DNA from: Chiloscyllium plagiosum
Lineage: Eukaryota
DNA: 64,000 nt
Assembly: GCF_004010195.1 (NCBI RefSeq)
Contig: NC_057720.1
Location: forward strand, 18,359,615-18,423,614
Direction of reading: 5' to 3'
The notes below the pieces were generated by a model. That model saw nothing but the letters and a program-made list of their open reading frames with translations. It did no database searches and was not told where the DNA came from. How positions within the stretch are numbered: the first letter of the stretch is position 1; every line of letters begins with the position of its first letter. Made by a program: the position numbers and the translations under genes. This document shows positions 12,172 through 24,949 of the stretch, in pieces.

Positions 12172-12641
12172 AGTAGTGGTGAATTTTAAAACTAATCACA
12201 AAGCATTGCTTGTAGCCTTTGATTCACATGCATAATCCAGCAAGATCATACTTTGGTGTTGATAGGGACTTGATTCATTATTGTGTACTAACTGCATTAA
12301 GTGCCAAGCTACACTGTCGATTTTAGGCAGCTGCAATTGTTCACAATTTTGTTGGAACATAAACAAAGGAAAATCTAATGTTTCTATTCATTTGAAGTTG
12401 AATTCCATTCTAAGTGGTAAGGATTTGCATTTCTAATAACTCAAAGTGCTATCATAGATGATTCCTGTCTCTCAATTTTCAGACTTCCTTGTCTGCAGCT
12501 ACTTGTATCCTTGGACATCAGTTAATACTTTAACTTGTTGGTTGAAGATTATTGAATACTTCTGTTGGCTATTTAATTTTCTTCAAAAAGATAAGTAATT
12601 TTTCGAGTGACAAACATTGAATTATTTTTCTTGATTTATAG

Positions 12642-12741
12642 GTGGAATCGTCCTAAGATGTCCTTGGCACAGAGAAAGGATCGTGTTGCTCAAAAGAAGG
12701 CCAGCTTCCTCAGGGCACAGGAACAGAATGGTGATAGTTGA
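12642..12741 (+). CDS. RPL5: RPL5 terminal coding exon 8 (100 nt including stop)
   Basis: ttatag| acceptor; encodes (R)[32 protein letters not shown], with TGA at 12739-12741. Confidence 0.97.
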
Positions 12742-12802
12742 ACAGCTGCCTTTAGCCATTGTTCAGCAAAGTGCTAAATCTTATAATTCATATAAACTGT
12801 CA

Positions 12803-12808
12803 AATAAA
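12803..12808 (+). terminator. RPL5: RPL5 polyadenylation signal
   Basis: AATAAA about 60 nt after the stop, followed by the GU/U-rich tract cttctgtttgtgttg. Confidence 0.85.
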
Positions 12809-14777
12809 TTTAAAGAAAAACTGCTTCTGTTTGTGTTGACTTGAATATTGAAGGGAAAAGAAACTTTGAGTTTAATCTGTGTTTACCTTAACAGTGATTT
12901 TCCTCTCCATTCCCATTTCCCTCTTAATAACAGGCAGTGAAGTATGCGCAGAGCAATAATAAGCACATGGGAATTCTGGGTTGATGGGGCATTCATTTAG
13001 TTTATAGGACTAAACCGACCTATCGTGGATTATAGGTTTTCATCTGCCATTGTTGCTTTCAAAGCTGCTACACAGGAATCTCATCTTTATTTTGTATTTA
13101 GTCACAAAGAGTACTAATATAGCTAACCCTCCAAGCAGATACTTCATTAGAGTTATCTGAATTTAATAGCATGCCTACAAACATTTGAGGAATCCTAAAT
13201 TTTGATTGAATTTGTCTCTTGCATTTCTGAAAGTTTGTTCCGGTGGTGCTGAACTAAAGGGAAGAAGTGCCAACTGATAATTAGTCTTTGAACTGGTATT
13301 TGATCTTAACAAACAGGCATGGTCTTGCTTTGACATCCAAAAAAGTGGAACTCCACCAACCTTCCTTGGATTGTCAAGCAGCCCCAAAGTCAGCCTGGTG
13401 TCAAATAAACATGGTGAAAGGGAACAAGAGTGGAGGACATTGAGAAATCACTCCAATTTGAACTCCAATGGTGGCACATGTTGCAATTTCCACTATAGAC
13501 AAGACACCTGCTCATCTTATATCTAACTTGACTTTTAATTAAGTCTCTGGACTGTATTTTGCTCTAAATGTGGAAAATTGCCAGTAAATTCATGTTGCAC
13601 CAAAACTGCAACCCAAAACAATCTCCAAACCTCAGAATCCACTGATGAGGAAAACTTCTTTTATCCAATGTAATTATCTAAAATGAGACCAGTGTAAGGA
13701 AACATGACCTCTTCATAGAAATGTATAACCTGATTTAAATATGATGAATTTGACAACTTGTATCATACAGAGATCGGAAGAAAAACATTTAGGATAGGGA
13801 AGCAGTGGAGTTTGTCAGCATCATCTTCTAAAATAATATATCTGCAGCTCAGGAGGAAGCAGTGTTGGAGTGGATTCTGGGAAATGAAGTAGGGCAAATT
13901 AAGTGCATTACAGTAGAGAAAATCTGGGAAACAGTGAAAGACAATTGGTGTGGATTCACCATGATAGAAAATGCTCAACTGGAGAAGAGGAAATTGCAAG
14001 GATTTGCGAAGTTAGCCAGCACAGGATCACCGCACTAATGAGGCTATTTTTGACACAGTCTAATAGAAATAAGTGTACCCAAGGTAAGTGTATTTTGATA
14101 ACAGGAAATGTATGTTAAAACCAAAAGTGACATTTCAAATGATTAAGTAAGAATTATATAATGTATAGGTTGGAATTGAAAAAAATATGGAACACAAAGA
14201 AAGATTAACAAGCTGTGTAAAATTGAACTGTAAAACAACGAAGCTATCATCTGATTCTCTGGTACAGGTTTCTTTGGTTGAGAACCGGACTGCAGTCTCC
14301 ACCAGATGGGGTCTTGGCCCATAGTGTGCATGTATTTGATAGGCCTGTTTTCTTTCCCTTTTAAACATTCCCACTCATGGTGAATATGCAGCTGTGGGAA
14401 TAAAAAGATATAATAGGACCTATTATAAAGGGCACCAGAACTGGCAGGCAAATATCAAGGAGTCCTGTGAAAGAAAGATAACCACGAACCCAGAAGAGGT
14501 TGGTAACATGGAGCAGAAACCTAGGAGGATAGCAGTGAGGAGAGCCAAGAAGGAAATTCCAGTCAGTTAACTTTTCTGATTTGTAAAGTCTGTATTTGGC
14601 TATTGAAACCCATGAAATCTTGAGGCTTTATTCCATTAGAAAGGTTTGGGAGCCCCAAATGTGGGGTCTGGTTTATAATAGTAACTGTTTTATAAACAAA
14701 ATGTGAACAGTTGCGACTTAAAAATGTCTTCAGGACCCAAATGGAAATCTTCAAGTGGAAGCAAAAGACATGTGAAA

Positions 14778-15015
14778 TACCATAAGATTGAGCAGATTTA
14801 GGCCATTCAGCCCATTGAGTCTGGTCTGCCATTCAAACATGGCTGACAGGTTTCCTGCCTTCTCCCCCATAACTCTTGATCTCCATACCAATCCAGAACC
14901 TATCCATGTCTGGCTTGGCTTCCTTCGTCTCCTGCAGCAATGAATTCCACAGATCATCTAGAGGGTGGTTAAAGCAATTTCTTCTCAGTCCTGAAAGGTT
15001 GTCTCTTCACTCCTG
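14778..15015 (-). mobile_element. CR1 3' end fragment
   Basis: ccataaga...taggccattcagccca is the reverse complement of a CR1-subfamily tail; compare 61260-61320 on +. Confidence 0.65.
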
Positions 15016-15254
15016 CTAAGTGACACTATAAGTAAAAGTTAGTTATGCACAGGTTAGTTATGGAAAGGAAATGAGAAAGAGAAGAGTGAGGCAATTCCAG
15101 AGCTTGGGTTAAGGCAGCTGAAAATGCAATTATTAGTTGTAATGAAATTAATATCAGGGGTGCATAATGTGTTTCATTTCAAGACATCCAGCACCACGTC
15201 CTCCTTTTCAAGCTGTCACAATCTATTTCCCCACATTCTATATCTTCCATCGAG

Positions 15255-15575
15255 ACAAGATAATCAGAGGGTTACATATGTTGGACAGATGACAGCCTTT
15301 TTCCTCTGATGGCGATGGCTAGCATGAGGGAACATTGAGGGGTGATAGATGTAGGACAAATGTCAGAGGTAGTTTCTTTACTCAAGAGTAGTAGGGGTGT
15401 GGAATGCACTGCCTGCAATAGTTGTAGAGTCACCAACTTTAAGGGCATTTAAATGGTCATTGGATAGGTATATGGATGTGGATTAAGTAGTGTAGGTTAG
15501 ATGTGCTTCAGACAGATTTCACAGGGCTGCACAACATCGAGGGCCAAAGGGCCTGTACTCTGCTGTAATGTTTTA
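15255..15575 (+). mobile_element. CR1 3' end of another subfamily, nested
   Basis: Ends in caacatcgagggccaaagggcctgtactctgctgtaatgtt. Confidence 0.7.
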
Positions 15576-16088
15576 TGTCCCATATCCTCCACAATACACA
15601 CACATGCAAAATACTCAATTAATATCTTCCCCATCTCCTGCAGCTCCACACAAAGGCTGCCTATCTGTTTAGAGAGGTCCTATTCTCTCCCTAGTTAACA
15701 TTTTGTCCTTCATGTATGTACAAAATCCCTTTGGATTCTCCTTAACCTTATTTGCCATTGCTGTCTCCTGTCCCTTTTTGCCCTTCTGAATTCCCTCATA
15801 AGTATACTCCTATTGCCTTTACACTCTTCTAAGGATTAATTCGATCTCTCCTATCTATAGCTGACATATTCTTCCTTTTTAAACAGAACCTAAATTTCTC
15901 GAGTCATCCAGCTAACTCTACACTTACTAGCCTTTCCTGTCACCCTAACAGGAGTATACTATCTCTGATCTCTTGTTATCTCATTTTTGAATGGTTCCAT
16001 TTTCCAGCTGTCCCTCTACCTGCGATCATTTGCCCCCAGTCAGCTTTTGAACGTTCTTGTCTAATAACGTCAAAATTCGCCTTCCATC

Positions 16089-16647
16089 TGTTAGGTTCTT
16101 TTCCTGAGGTTTCACACACATCAACCTCTGCAAATAATGAAAGTTTATAAGAGCCTGTACATGCTAGATGACCCCTTTGACACTCTTTGCAGACATGTGA
16201 AGAAGAATCAGAGGCCTTGAATGAAGAAAACATATCCCCTTTGTACAGGTCAGTTGGCAATGCTCACAGGTACTCTGGGCACTCCACCAACCGCCCCCCC
16301 CAATAACCATGTTACCTCAGGTACAGTGGTAGGATGAGGTCATCCTCTGAGATAAAGCAAATCTAAATACCCTTATCCTGGGGAATTGTTATGCAAACAA
16401 TTTCCAAAATTAGTGATTCCCCAAGACAATGCAATACTTGGCTTCGGGGGAATAGCTATGAAAGCATTTCTAAATGGAAGGGATTGAATGATAGTTTAAT
16501 TTAATAATAGTAGAGGAGTAATAGTAAATGACTATCTAAATGGAATGGGAGTCATCTGCATTCCTGCATGAATGTTGTCCCCGCCCACTTCCAGAATGTT
16601 CAGTCGGTGCAGTTCAACCCTTTAATGTCCAATTTAATCTTTTAACA
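16089..16647. mobile_element. Candidate solo LTR nested in the CR1
   Basis: About 560 bp of non-coding insert bounded by TGTTA...TAACA; CR1 sequence resumes on both sides; target duplication unclear. Confidence 0.4.
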
Positions 16648-17989
16648 TTACACTCCAATTTATAACTTAAACTTTTAGATCTGGTCTATCCTTTTCCATC
16701 ACTATTTTAAAACGAATAGAATTATATGTGGCCTCAAAGTGCTCCCCCACTGACACCTCAGTCACCTGCCCTGCCTTATTTTCCAATAGTAGATCAATTT
16801 ATGCCCCTTCTCACATACTGAATCAGAAAATTTTCTTGTATACACTTAACAAATCCCTCTCCATCTAAACCCTTAACACAAGGGCAGTCCCAGTCTATGT
16901 TTGGAAAGTTGAAATCCCCTACCATAACCAATCTTTCGTTTCTCAATTTCCCTCTGACTATTAGGGTGTCTATAATACAATCCCAATAAGGTGATCATCC
17001 CTTTCTTAATTTCTCAGTTCCACCCAAATAACTTCCCTGGATGTATTTCCAGGAATATCCTCCCTAAGTACAGCTGTAATGCTATCCCTTATCAAAAATG
17101 CCACTCCCCCTCCTCTGTTGCCCCCTTCCCTATCTTACCTATAGCATTTGTATCCTGGAACATTAAATTGCCAGTTCTGTCCATCTCTGAGCCACATTTC
17201 TGTAATTGCCATGATATCCCAGTCCCATGTTCCTAACCATGCCCTGAGTTTATCTGCCTTCTCTGTTAGGCCTCTTGCATTGAAATAAATGCAGTTTATC
17301 AGCCCAACCTTGTTCCCTGTTTTATTCCTGCCTGCCCTGACTGTTTGCCTTGCTCCTTTTCCCAATTGTATCAGTCACAGATTGATCTCATTCCTCACTA
17401 ATTTCCCTGGCTCCCATTCCTTTATCCCCCCACCACTTTACTAGTTTAAATCTAGCAAATCTCCCTGCCAGTATATTAGTCCCCTTCCAATTCAGGTGCA
17501 ATCTGTCCTTCTTGTAAAGGCCACTTCTACCCCAGAAGAGATTCCAATGATCCAAAACTATGAACCCTTCTCCCCTGCACCAGCTCCTCAGCCACATATT
17601 CATCTGCTCTATCCGCCTATTCCTACCCTCACTTCCTCATAGCACCAAGAGTAATCCAGATATGACTACCATCGAGGACCTTTTTAAATTCCTGTCTAAC
17701 TTTCTATATTCTCCCTTCAGAATTTTATCCTTTTCCCTTATGTTGTTCGTTCCAATGACCTCCTACTGATTCCTCTCCCCTCTGCGAATATTCTGCACTG
17801 TCTCGGAAATATCCTTGATATTGGCAGCAGGGACGCAACACACCGTTTTGATTTTTGCTGCTGGCCGCAGAAACATCTGTCCGTGCCTCTGACTAGAGAG
17901 CCCCCTATCACAATCAATCACTTGGAACCTGATGTACCCCTCGTTACATTAAAGCCAGTCTCGATACCAGAAACTAGGCTGATCATGCT

Positions 17990-19146
17990 TTATTTTGTCA
18001 TTTATATTAATGATTTGAGTGTGAACGTAGGAGGTGTAGTTAGTAAGTTTGCAGATGACACCAAAATTGGAGGTGTAGTGGACAGTGTAAATGATTACCA
18101 CTGAGGCTCCCTCAACAGGATCTTGATCAGATAGGCCAATGGGCCAAGGAGTGGTAGATGGAGTTTGATAAATGCAATGCATTTTGGAAAGGTAAGTCAG
18201 GACAGGACTTTTTTTAGATTAGATTACTTACAGTGTGGAAACAGGCCCTTCGGCCCAACAAGTCCACACCAACCACTGTGCCACCATGCTGCCCAAATGG
18301 TAAGATCCTGGGGAGTGTTGCTGAACAAAGACCTGGAGTGCAGGTTCATAGCTCCTTGAAAGTGGAGTCGCAGGTAGATAGGATAGTGAGGAAGGCGTTT
18401 GGTATGCTTTCTTTTATTGGTCAGAGTATTGAGTACAGGAGTTGGGAGGTCATGTTGCGGCTGTACAGGACATTGGTTAGGCCACCTTTGGAATATTGTG
18501 TGCAATTCTGGTCTCCTTCCTATTGGAACAATGTTGTAAAACTTGAAAGGGTTCAGAAAAGATTTACAAGGATGTTGCCAGGGTTGAGGATTAAGCTATA
18601 GGGAGAGGCTGGGGCTGTTTTTCTTGGAGCAGCAGAGGCTGAGGGGTGACCTTATAGAGGTTTATAAATTTGAGGGGCATGGATAGGATAAATAGGCAAG
18701 GTCTTTTCCCTGGGATGGGGGAGTCTAGAACTAGAGGGCATATGTTTAGGGTGAGAGGAGAAAGATATAAAAGGGATCTAAATGACAACTTGTTCGTGCA
18801 GAGGGTGGTGCATGTATGGAATGAGCTGCCAGAGGAAGTGGTGGGGGTTGGTACAATTCGGCGCTACCTCGTGCTCCCACGAGGAGGTTGAACAGTTCAT
18901 CCACTACACCAACACCTTCCCCTGGATGCTGCCTGACCTGCTGTGCTGTTCCAGCAATAAAGTTTCAACGTTGGTACAATTACAGCATTTAAAAGGCATC
19001 TGGATGGGTCTATGATAGGAAGGGTTTAGAAGGGCTAAGTGCTGGTAAATGGGACGAGATTAGGTTAGGATGTCTAGTTGGCATGGACAGGTTGGACTGA
19101 ATTGTCTGTTTCCATGCTGTACATCTCTATGACTCGATGATTCTAT
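17990..19146 (+). mobile_element. CR1 RT and 3' end, with nested SINE remnant (about 18215-18293, -) and mini-PLE (18859-18969)
   Basis: FVIYINDL..VSKFADDTKIGG and LYRTLVRPPLEYCVQFWSP; tail ttccatgctgtacatctctatgact. Confidence 0.9.
18859..18969 (+). mobile_element. 111-bp chimeric mini-PLE (RT fragment fused to pLTR tail)
   Basis: Encodes GATSCSHEEVEQFIHYTNTF joined to ggatgctgcctgacctgctgtgc; exact 12-bp duplication gttggtacaatt at 18847-18858 and 18970-18981. Confidence 0.75.
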
Positions 19147-19699
19147 ATGGAACTTGCAGAGTTGTCAAAGGTTCGTAGACATGGAGCAGATTTAAGACCA
19201 GGGGAAGGGAAAAAAATCCCCATAAGTGGTTAGAAAACAAAAACATTTTAAAATTGAAGCATTGGAAATCGTCAAACACTTGGACAATGGGTGGATGGAA
19301 TGTGGTGCCAATTAATACATGGCAGCAGTTTTAGAAGAGCACACATTTTGTGTTAGGTCAATGATAGGTTGACCAGGACAGCATTGGAACAGTGAAGCTT
19401 AAAGCTAGCAAAGGGAATGGACGAGAGATCCAATAACAGGTGTACTGGGACAGGATCAGTGGTGAGTGATGTCACAGAAGTGGAAATAGCCAGTCTTGGT
19501 GATGAAATTCACTTCCAGTGAAACCTTAAAGCCAATGGAGAAGAGGATTTCATTCCAGAAATCTGTTATATTGCAGACTGAGTCACAGTTGAAAAGGCAA
19601 TATATTTTAACTTTAATTAGAACCAATTATTCAATTGCCATGTTTAGTTGTATGGCAGTTCCAAATCCATAACATGGAGTAAATATTTACCTGTTAAGA

Positions 19700-21640
19700 G
19701 TGAAAAGTAAGGCTGATAGGTTTAGAGAACGATGGCTGAATAAAGATATTGATGTTCTGGTCAAGAATAAAGATGTTTCATATTACATGTAAGTAACTGG
19801 GTTCAAATGAATCTCTGGAACAGCATAAACAGTTTGGGATAATTCTTCTGTGGCAGATCAGGAAAACAAAGACAGGATATGAGATTGCCTTGTCAAATAA
19901 GGTTAAGGATTATCCTACGAGATTCTACAAGTGGATTAAGAGCCAGAGAGCAACTCTTGAGAAAGTAGAGCTCCTTAAAGATCAGAGAGAGAATCTTTGT
20001 GTTGAATCTCAGGCGATGGGAGATATATTAAATGAATAATTCATGTCAGTTTTTAATTGTGGAGAAAGAAAAGGAGACTCGAGAACTTCGGGAAATAAAT
20101 GTTGATGTTTTGAAAAAGAGTTCACAGTAGAGAAGAGGAAGTGCTGGAGGTCTTAGAAAATGTTAAGGTGGATAAATCTCAGGGCCCTAATCTGGTGTAT
20201 TCCATGACTTTGTGGGATGATAGGGAGGTACCTGCAGGGCCCTTGCAGAAACATTTGTATAATCTATAAATACAGATAAGCTGTGGAGTGACTGGAGAGT
20301 GGCTAATGTGCCTTTGTTTAAGAAGGGATGTAAGGAGAAGCCTGGCAACTAAAGACCTGTGAGTCTGTCTTTGGTGGTTGCTGGCATTGATCCTGAAAGA
20401 GAGGATTTATGTGCATTTGGAGAGGCAAGGAAGGAGTAGGGATAGTCAGCATGGGTTTGTGTGAGGGAAATAGTGTCTCTCAAACTTAATTGAGTTTTTT
20501 GAGGAAGTAACCAAGAAGATTGAGGGTAAAACAGTAGACATTTGTTTACTTGGACTTTAGTAAAGCCTTTGACAAGATGCTGCATGGTAGACTAAATTAG
20601 TAAATTTAGATCACAGAATTTAGAATGAGCTTGCCAATTAGATATAAAATTGGCTTAACGGCAGGGGACAGACTGAAGGTAAAGAGTTATTTTTTGGATT
20701 GGAGGCCTGTTGTTCCACAGGGATCTATGCTGGGTCCACTCTTGTTTGTCCTTTCAATGAGAATATAGAAAGCATGGTTAGTAAGTCTGCAGATGGCACC
20801 AGATTGGTGGTATAATGAGCATGGAAACAGATCCTTTGGTTCCACAAGTCCATGCCAAAGAGATCTCAATCAATTAAGTCAATGAGCTGAAGAGTGGCAG
20901 ATGGAGCTTAATTTGGATAATTGCATCTTGGTAAAACAAAGGTACGACTTGTGCAATTGAAATGTTTGCCTTCATTGCTCAGAGCTTCGGGTATTGGAGT
21001 ACTGTGTCCAGTTCTGGTCATCCTATTATAGGAATGATATTTTGAAGCTGGAGAGCATTCAGAAGAGATTTACCAGGATGTTGCTGAGAGGCTAGAACAT
21101 TTTTTCACTGGACCATAGGAAGTTGAGAGGTGACCTTATAGAAGTTTATAAGATCATGAGCGATAGAAATAAAGTGAATGACAGGTGTCTTTTCCCTCGG
21201 GTGGGGATTTCAAGACTAGAGGGCATATTTTTAAGGTAAAAGGAGAAAGCTTTTAAAAAGACACAAGGGGCATATTTTTTTAAACAGTGGTTCATGCATG
21301 GAATGAACTCCGAGAAAGCGGTGGGTGTGGGTACAACTTGTTCTGTTATAACACACATTTCATCAATGCAACTTTGCTGGAATGTGATTGATGAATTGCG
21401 GCACTTTTTACAGCACAAAGTTTTAAATGTGATTACAGTGCCAACAGTTTAAGTACTGTTTCTATCACGCAATGTTTCTATAACACGAGGTTACATAAGA
21501 ATGCAACCACCAACGTTATCAAACAAATGACTGTACAGTTACAATATTTAAAGCCAATCAGATAAGTACTGGAATAAGAAATGTTTGGAGGGATGGGCGC
21601 TAAGCACAGGCTAATGAGACTAGTTTAGTTTGGAATTATG
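19700..21640 (+). mobile_element. Degenerate CR1 ORF2 to 3' end
   Basis: Remnants of KVDKSQGP, DWRVANVPLFKKG and DFSKAFDK; multiple stops and deletions. Confidence 0.82.
21334..21533. mobile_element. Tigger/pogo-like MITE nested in the CR1
   Basis: TA-flanked; imperfect terminal inverted repeats caacttgttctgttataac / gttatcaaacaaatgactg; related to 33307-33440. Confidence 0.6.
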
Positions 21641-22952
21641 CTGTATTGTTCTATTACTAAGTGAAAATGTAGTCAGATGCTAACATTGGTATCAAACAGA
21701 GGTTATGGATGGTCTAGCTCTGCTTCAGAACAAGGTATAAAGAGTTTGCAACTGGGGACAAAGATATTGGCTTCAGCTTTTCTGAAATTGCACTGGAAGA
21801 AACATTTGCTCTTTCAACCACTGGATTTACCTAGTGTTTTAATTACTTTCCTTGTCATATACATTTCCTGATGTCACAGATTGTTACAAATGGTGAGAAC
21901 TCTTAAATGGAGGAATCCAAGCCTTTCCTCCCAATTCCTTATAATTGGGATCCCAAAACTTGCAAATTCCTGTTATGAATCTGATTGATTTCACAATTAT
22001 CTGAATTTTCACTGGGAAAACACAGATTAAAAACTACAACTCCACACTGGACTTCAGAACAGTCATGTGTAATAGCAAAGTAAGTCATTATTTCTTTAGA
22101 AATGATCAGTTGCCTTCCTTGCTAAGGGACAATAAATACCCAAAGAGTACTGCTACCCAAAGCCACATCTATTCTTAATAAATGCTGCATATTGTTAAAG
22201 GAGGTTCAGAGAACAAATTGAGGAACCAACTTGATAAACAGGTATTGAAGTAGGAGGCATGCAAAGAATTTAATGGCAATTTTAAAAAATATCTAAATGC
22301 TGGAAGTCTGAAATAATGCTTACATATAAGTGAACTGGTTGACCCTAAAAAAGTTAAAAACATACGTCAAATTGAGTTGTATGATTGTGCGTCCTGTTAA
22401 AATCTCATGATTAAGCAACAGTTTAAAAAGAAAATAAAATGTTTTGTTTACCACAATATTCCCATCACTGTGGTGTTCAATCACTCAACGTTTTATGTTT
22501 AATTTACAATAGGCTTGTCAACTAAACCTAACCTCACAGCATGTATTGACCATACTGTAAATAAAATGGAAATTAGTTTTATTGAAAGTGTAGCTCACAC
22601 TCAAAGATATGCAATATGGTGGTTCGTGGATTTATGTTCAGTATCTGTTTAATTATATCAAGCTTATGAACAGGATGCCCAAGATTTTTAGTTTTCTCTA
22701 TAGAACACCTTACCTGTGAACTATATCAGAACACAGGTCTCCAATAACGAGTGCACTGACTGGATATGAAAGTCCTATCATGCAGCTTATTATTTAACAA
22801 GTTCATTGTCATGAAGCTTACTTCTATGAATCCCTTCTACAAACTTTTATCTTCCAACCTATAAAGTCCCAGACTGTTTGTTTTTCAACTTATGTAGTTA
22901 AGCATTTAAAATGGTTTTCAATCACTGTTTTCTTTTGGATTTCTAGGCTGAG

Positions 22953-23273
22953 AGATTAGATTAGATTAGATTATTGACAGTGTGGAAACAGGCCCTTCGG
23001 CCCAATAAGCCCACACCGACCCGCCGAAGCGCAACCCACCCATACCCCTACATTTACCTTTAACCTAACACTACGGGCACTTTAGCATGGCCAATTCACC
23101 TGACCCGCACATCTTTGTGACTGTGGGAGGAAACCGGAGCACCCGGAGGAAACCCACGCAGACACGGGGAGAATGTGCAAACTCCACACAGTCAGTCGCC
23201 TGAGTCGGGAATTGAACCCGGGTCTCTGGCGCTGTGAGACAGCAGTGCTAACCACTGTGCCACCGTGCCGCCC
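22953..23273 (-). mobile_element. Full-length HE1/V-SINE (young)
   Basis: The minus strand starts gggcggcacggtggcacagtggttagc, has the B-box and V-domain, and ends in (aatct)n. Confidence 0.93.
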
Positions 23274-24039
23274 ACCCTCATTGCTCATTGGTTGGTAGAA
23301 ATGTTTCCTTTTTAAATCAATCATCCAGCTATAGAAAATTTTAAAATGCAGCAAACATCATCAGAAGAAATGCCTACTTCACAGGTGTTGAAGAGTGCAG
23401 TAGTGACGTTGGAGAAGATTATGTTAGTGAGTCGAGAGTAAAATGGTGGAGATGTTGTTGATGATCTTGGCAATCACAGCACTATGATTGCAATAAAGAC
23501 AGTTAAATCAATGGGATGGACCACTGAAATAGCAGTGTAGGCAGTCCGGGCAGGCAGTAGGGACAGTCTATAACAACATAGCAGTTTGGACCGGCAGGAT
23601 AGAAGCCATTTTTTGGCATTACATACCTCTGGGCATCAAGTTCTGAGCGAGTGGCAACCATGCAGTGACAATGAAGGAGATCATTTTGACCACTAAAATC
23701 CCAGACTTGATGTCATATTTATCATCAATTGGCTGATAACCTCAACTGAGGCAAAACTTTAAGGCGCTGGGTCTGTCATGGGATAAAACAAAAAAAAAGC
23801 CCCCTGTTTCTCACCCTTTCGCCAATGAGAAGTGTGTGGATCAATAAACTGCCGCCATAAACAGTCCAAGATACACACACTTCAGTACTTAGCAGGATTG
23901 CAAAGGAGTAACAAATGCTTAGTTTGACTCTCTGACTTCAAGGAGAGTCATGTGTAAGTATCCTTCATGTCCTAAAGAGCAGCTTTAAGATGCTCGAATA
24001 TAGGTTATAGCAAACTCTGACAAACAACAGTGCGATCAC

Positions 24040-24945
24040 AACCAGATAGGAAGAACATAAATTGAAGTAGAAGACTGTAAGGGTGACTACACAATCATGG
24101 CTGATCTTCTGCCCTCTCAATATATTTTGATTCTTCGAGGTCAAAAACCTATTACTCACCTTAAATGTATTCACTGATGCAGCATCCACAGCCTCTGGGA
24201 TACAGAACGCCAAAGCTTAGCTCTTAAGAACCAAAGGAAATTGGAGCAGGATTGAGCAGTAGGCTCCTCAAACCTGTTTCTTCTTTCAATGGCTGATCCG
24301 AGTTTGGTTTCAACATTGCCTTCCTCACTCGGTAAGGCTCCTCTTCAGGTCATGAATGTCTATCTCAGCTTTGAACATGTGCAATGATTACTAGCTCTCT
24401 TTGGTGGAGAATTTCAAAGTAACATGAGTTTCAGAGAAGAAATTCCTTTTCATCTCCGTCTTAAATGAGACAATCCTTATTCTGAAGTCATGTCCCTTAG
24501 TTCAAAGTTACTTCACAAGGGGAATGCATTCTCTTATTAGTTACATCGAGCCCCATCAGAATTTTATATTTTTCAATAAGATCCCCTCCTGTTTTTCTAG
24601 ATTCTAATCAACATTGGCCTAATCTGCTTAACCTTCCCTCACGACGACCCCTTCATCCCAAGAATTAATTATCAAGTGTTCTTTGAACTGCTTTCAATGA
24701 CAGCTGTGGAGATCAGAATTGTATGTACCCTAGGTGTGATCTCATGAACATTCTTCAGAGCTGTAGAAAGACTATTTTTATACTTCATGCTCTCCTGATA
24801 TAGGATTTTTTTTTGCCTTCCTAATTATTTGCTGCACCTGTGAACTAACTTTTTGTGTTTCATGTGCAAAGATTGCCAAATGCCGCTGTATAGCAGCATT
24901 CTGTAACCTTTCTCCATTAGATAACTTAATCTACCCTCATTTGTA
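24040..24945 (-). mobile_element. Highly degenerate CR1 3' fragments
   Basis: Reverse-complement matches to CR1 3' region motifs (gaagaaattccttttcatctccgtcttaaatg). Confidence 0.55.
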
Positions 24946-24949
24946 CTCC

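Larger units (their letters stand above)
15170..17985 (-). mobile_element. CR1 5' portion (ORF1 SGNH esterase plus ORF2 endonuclease), interrupted by nested insertions
   Basis: NMWLRSWCRGEGFIVLDHWNLFWGRSGLYKKDRLHLNWKGTNILAGRF (esterase) and CIYFNARGL...DIMAITEMWL (APE-type endonuclease). Confidence 0.85.
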
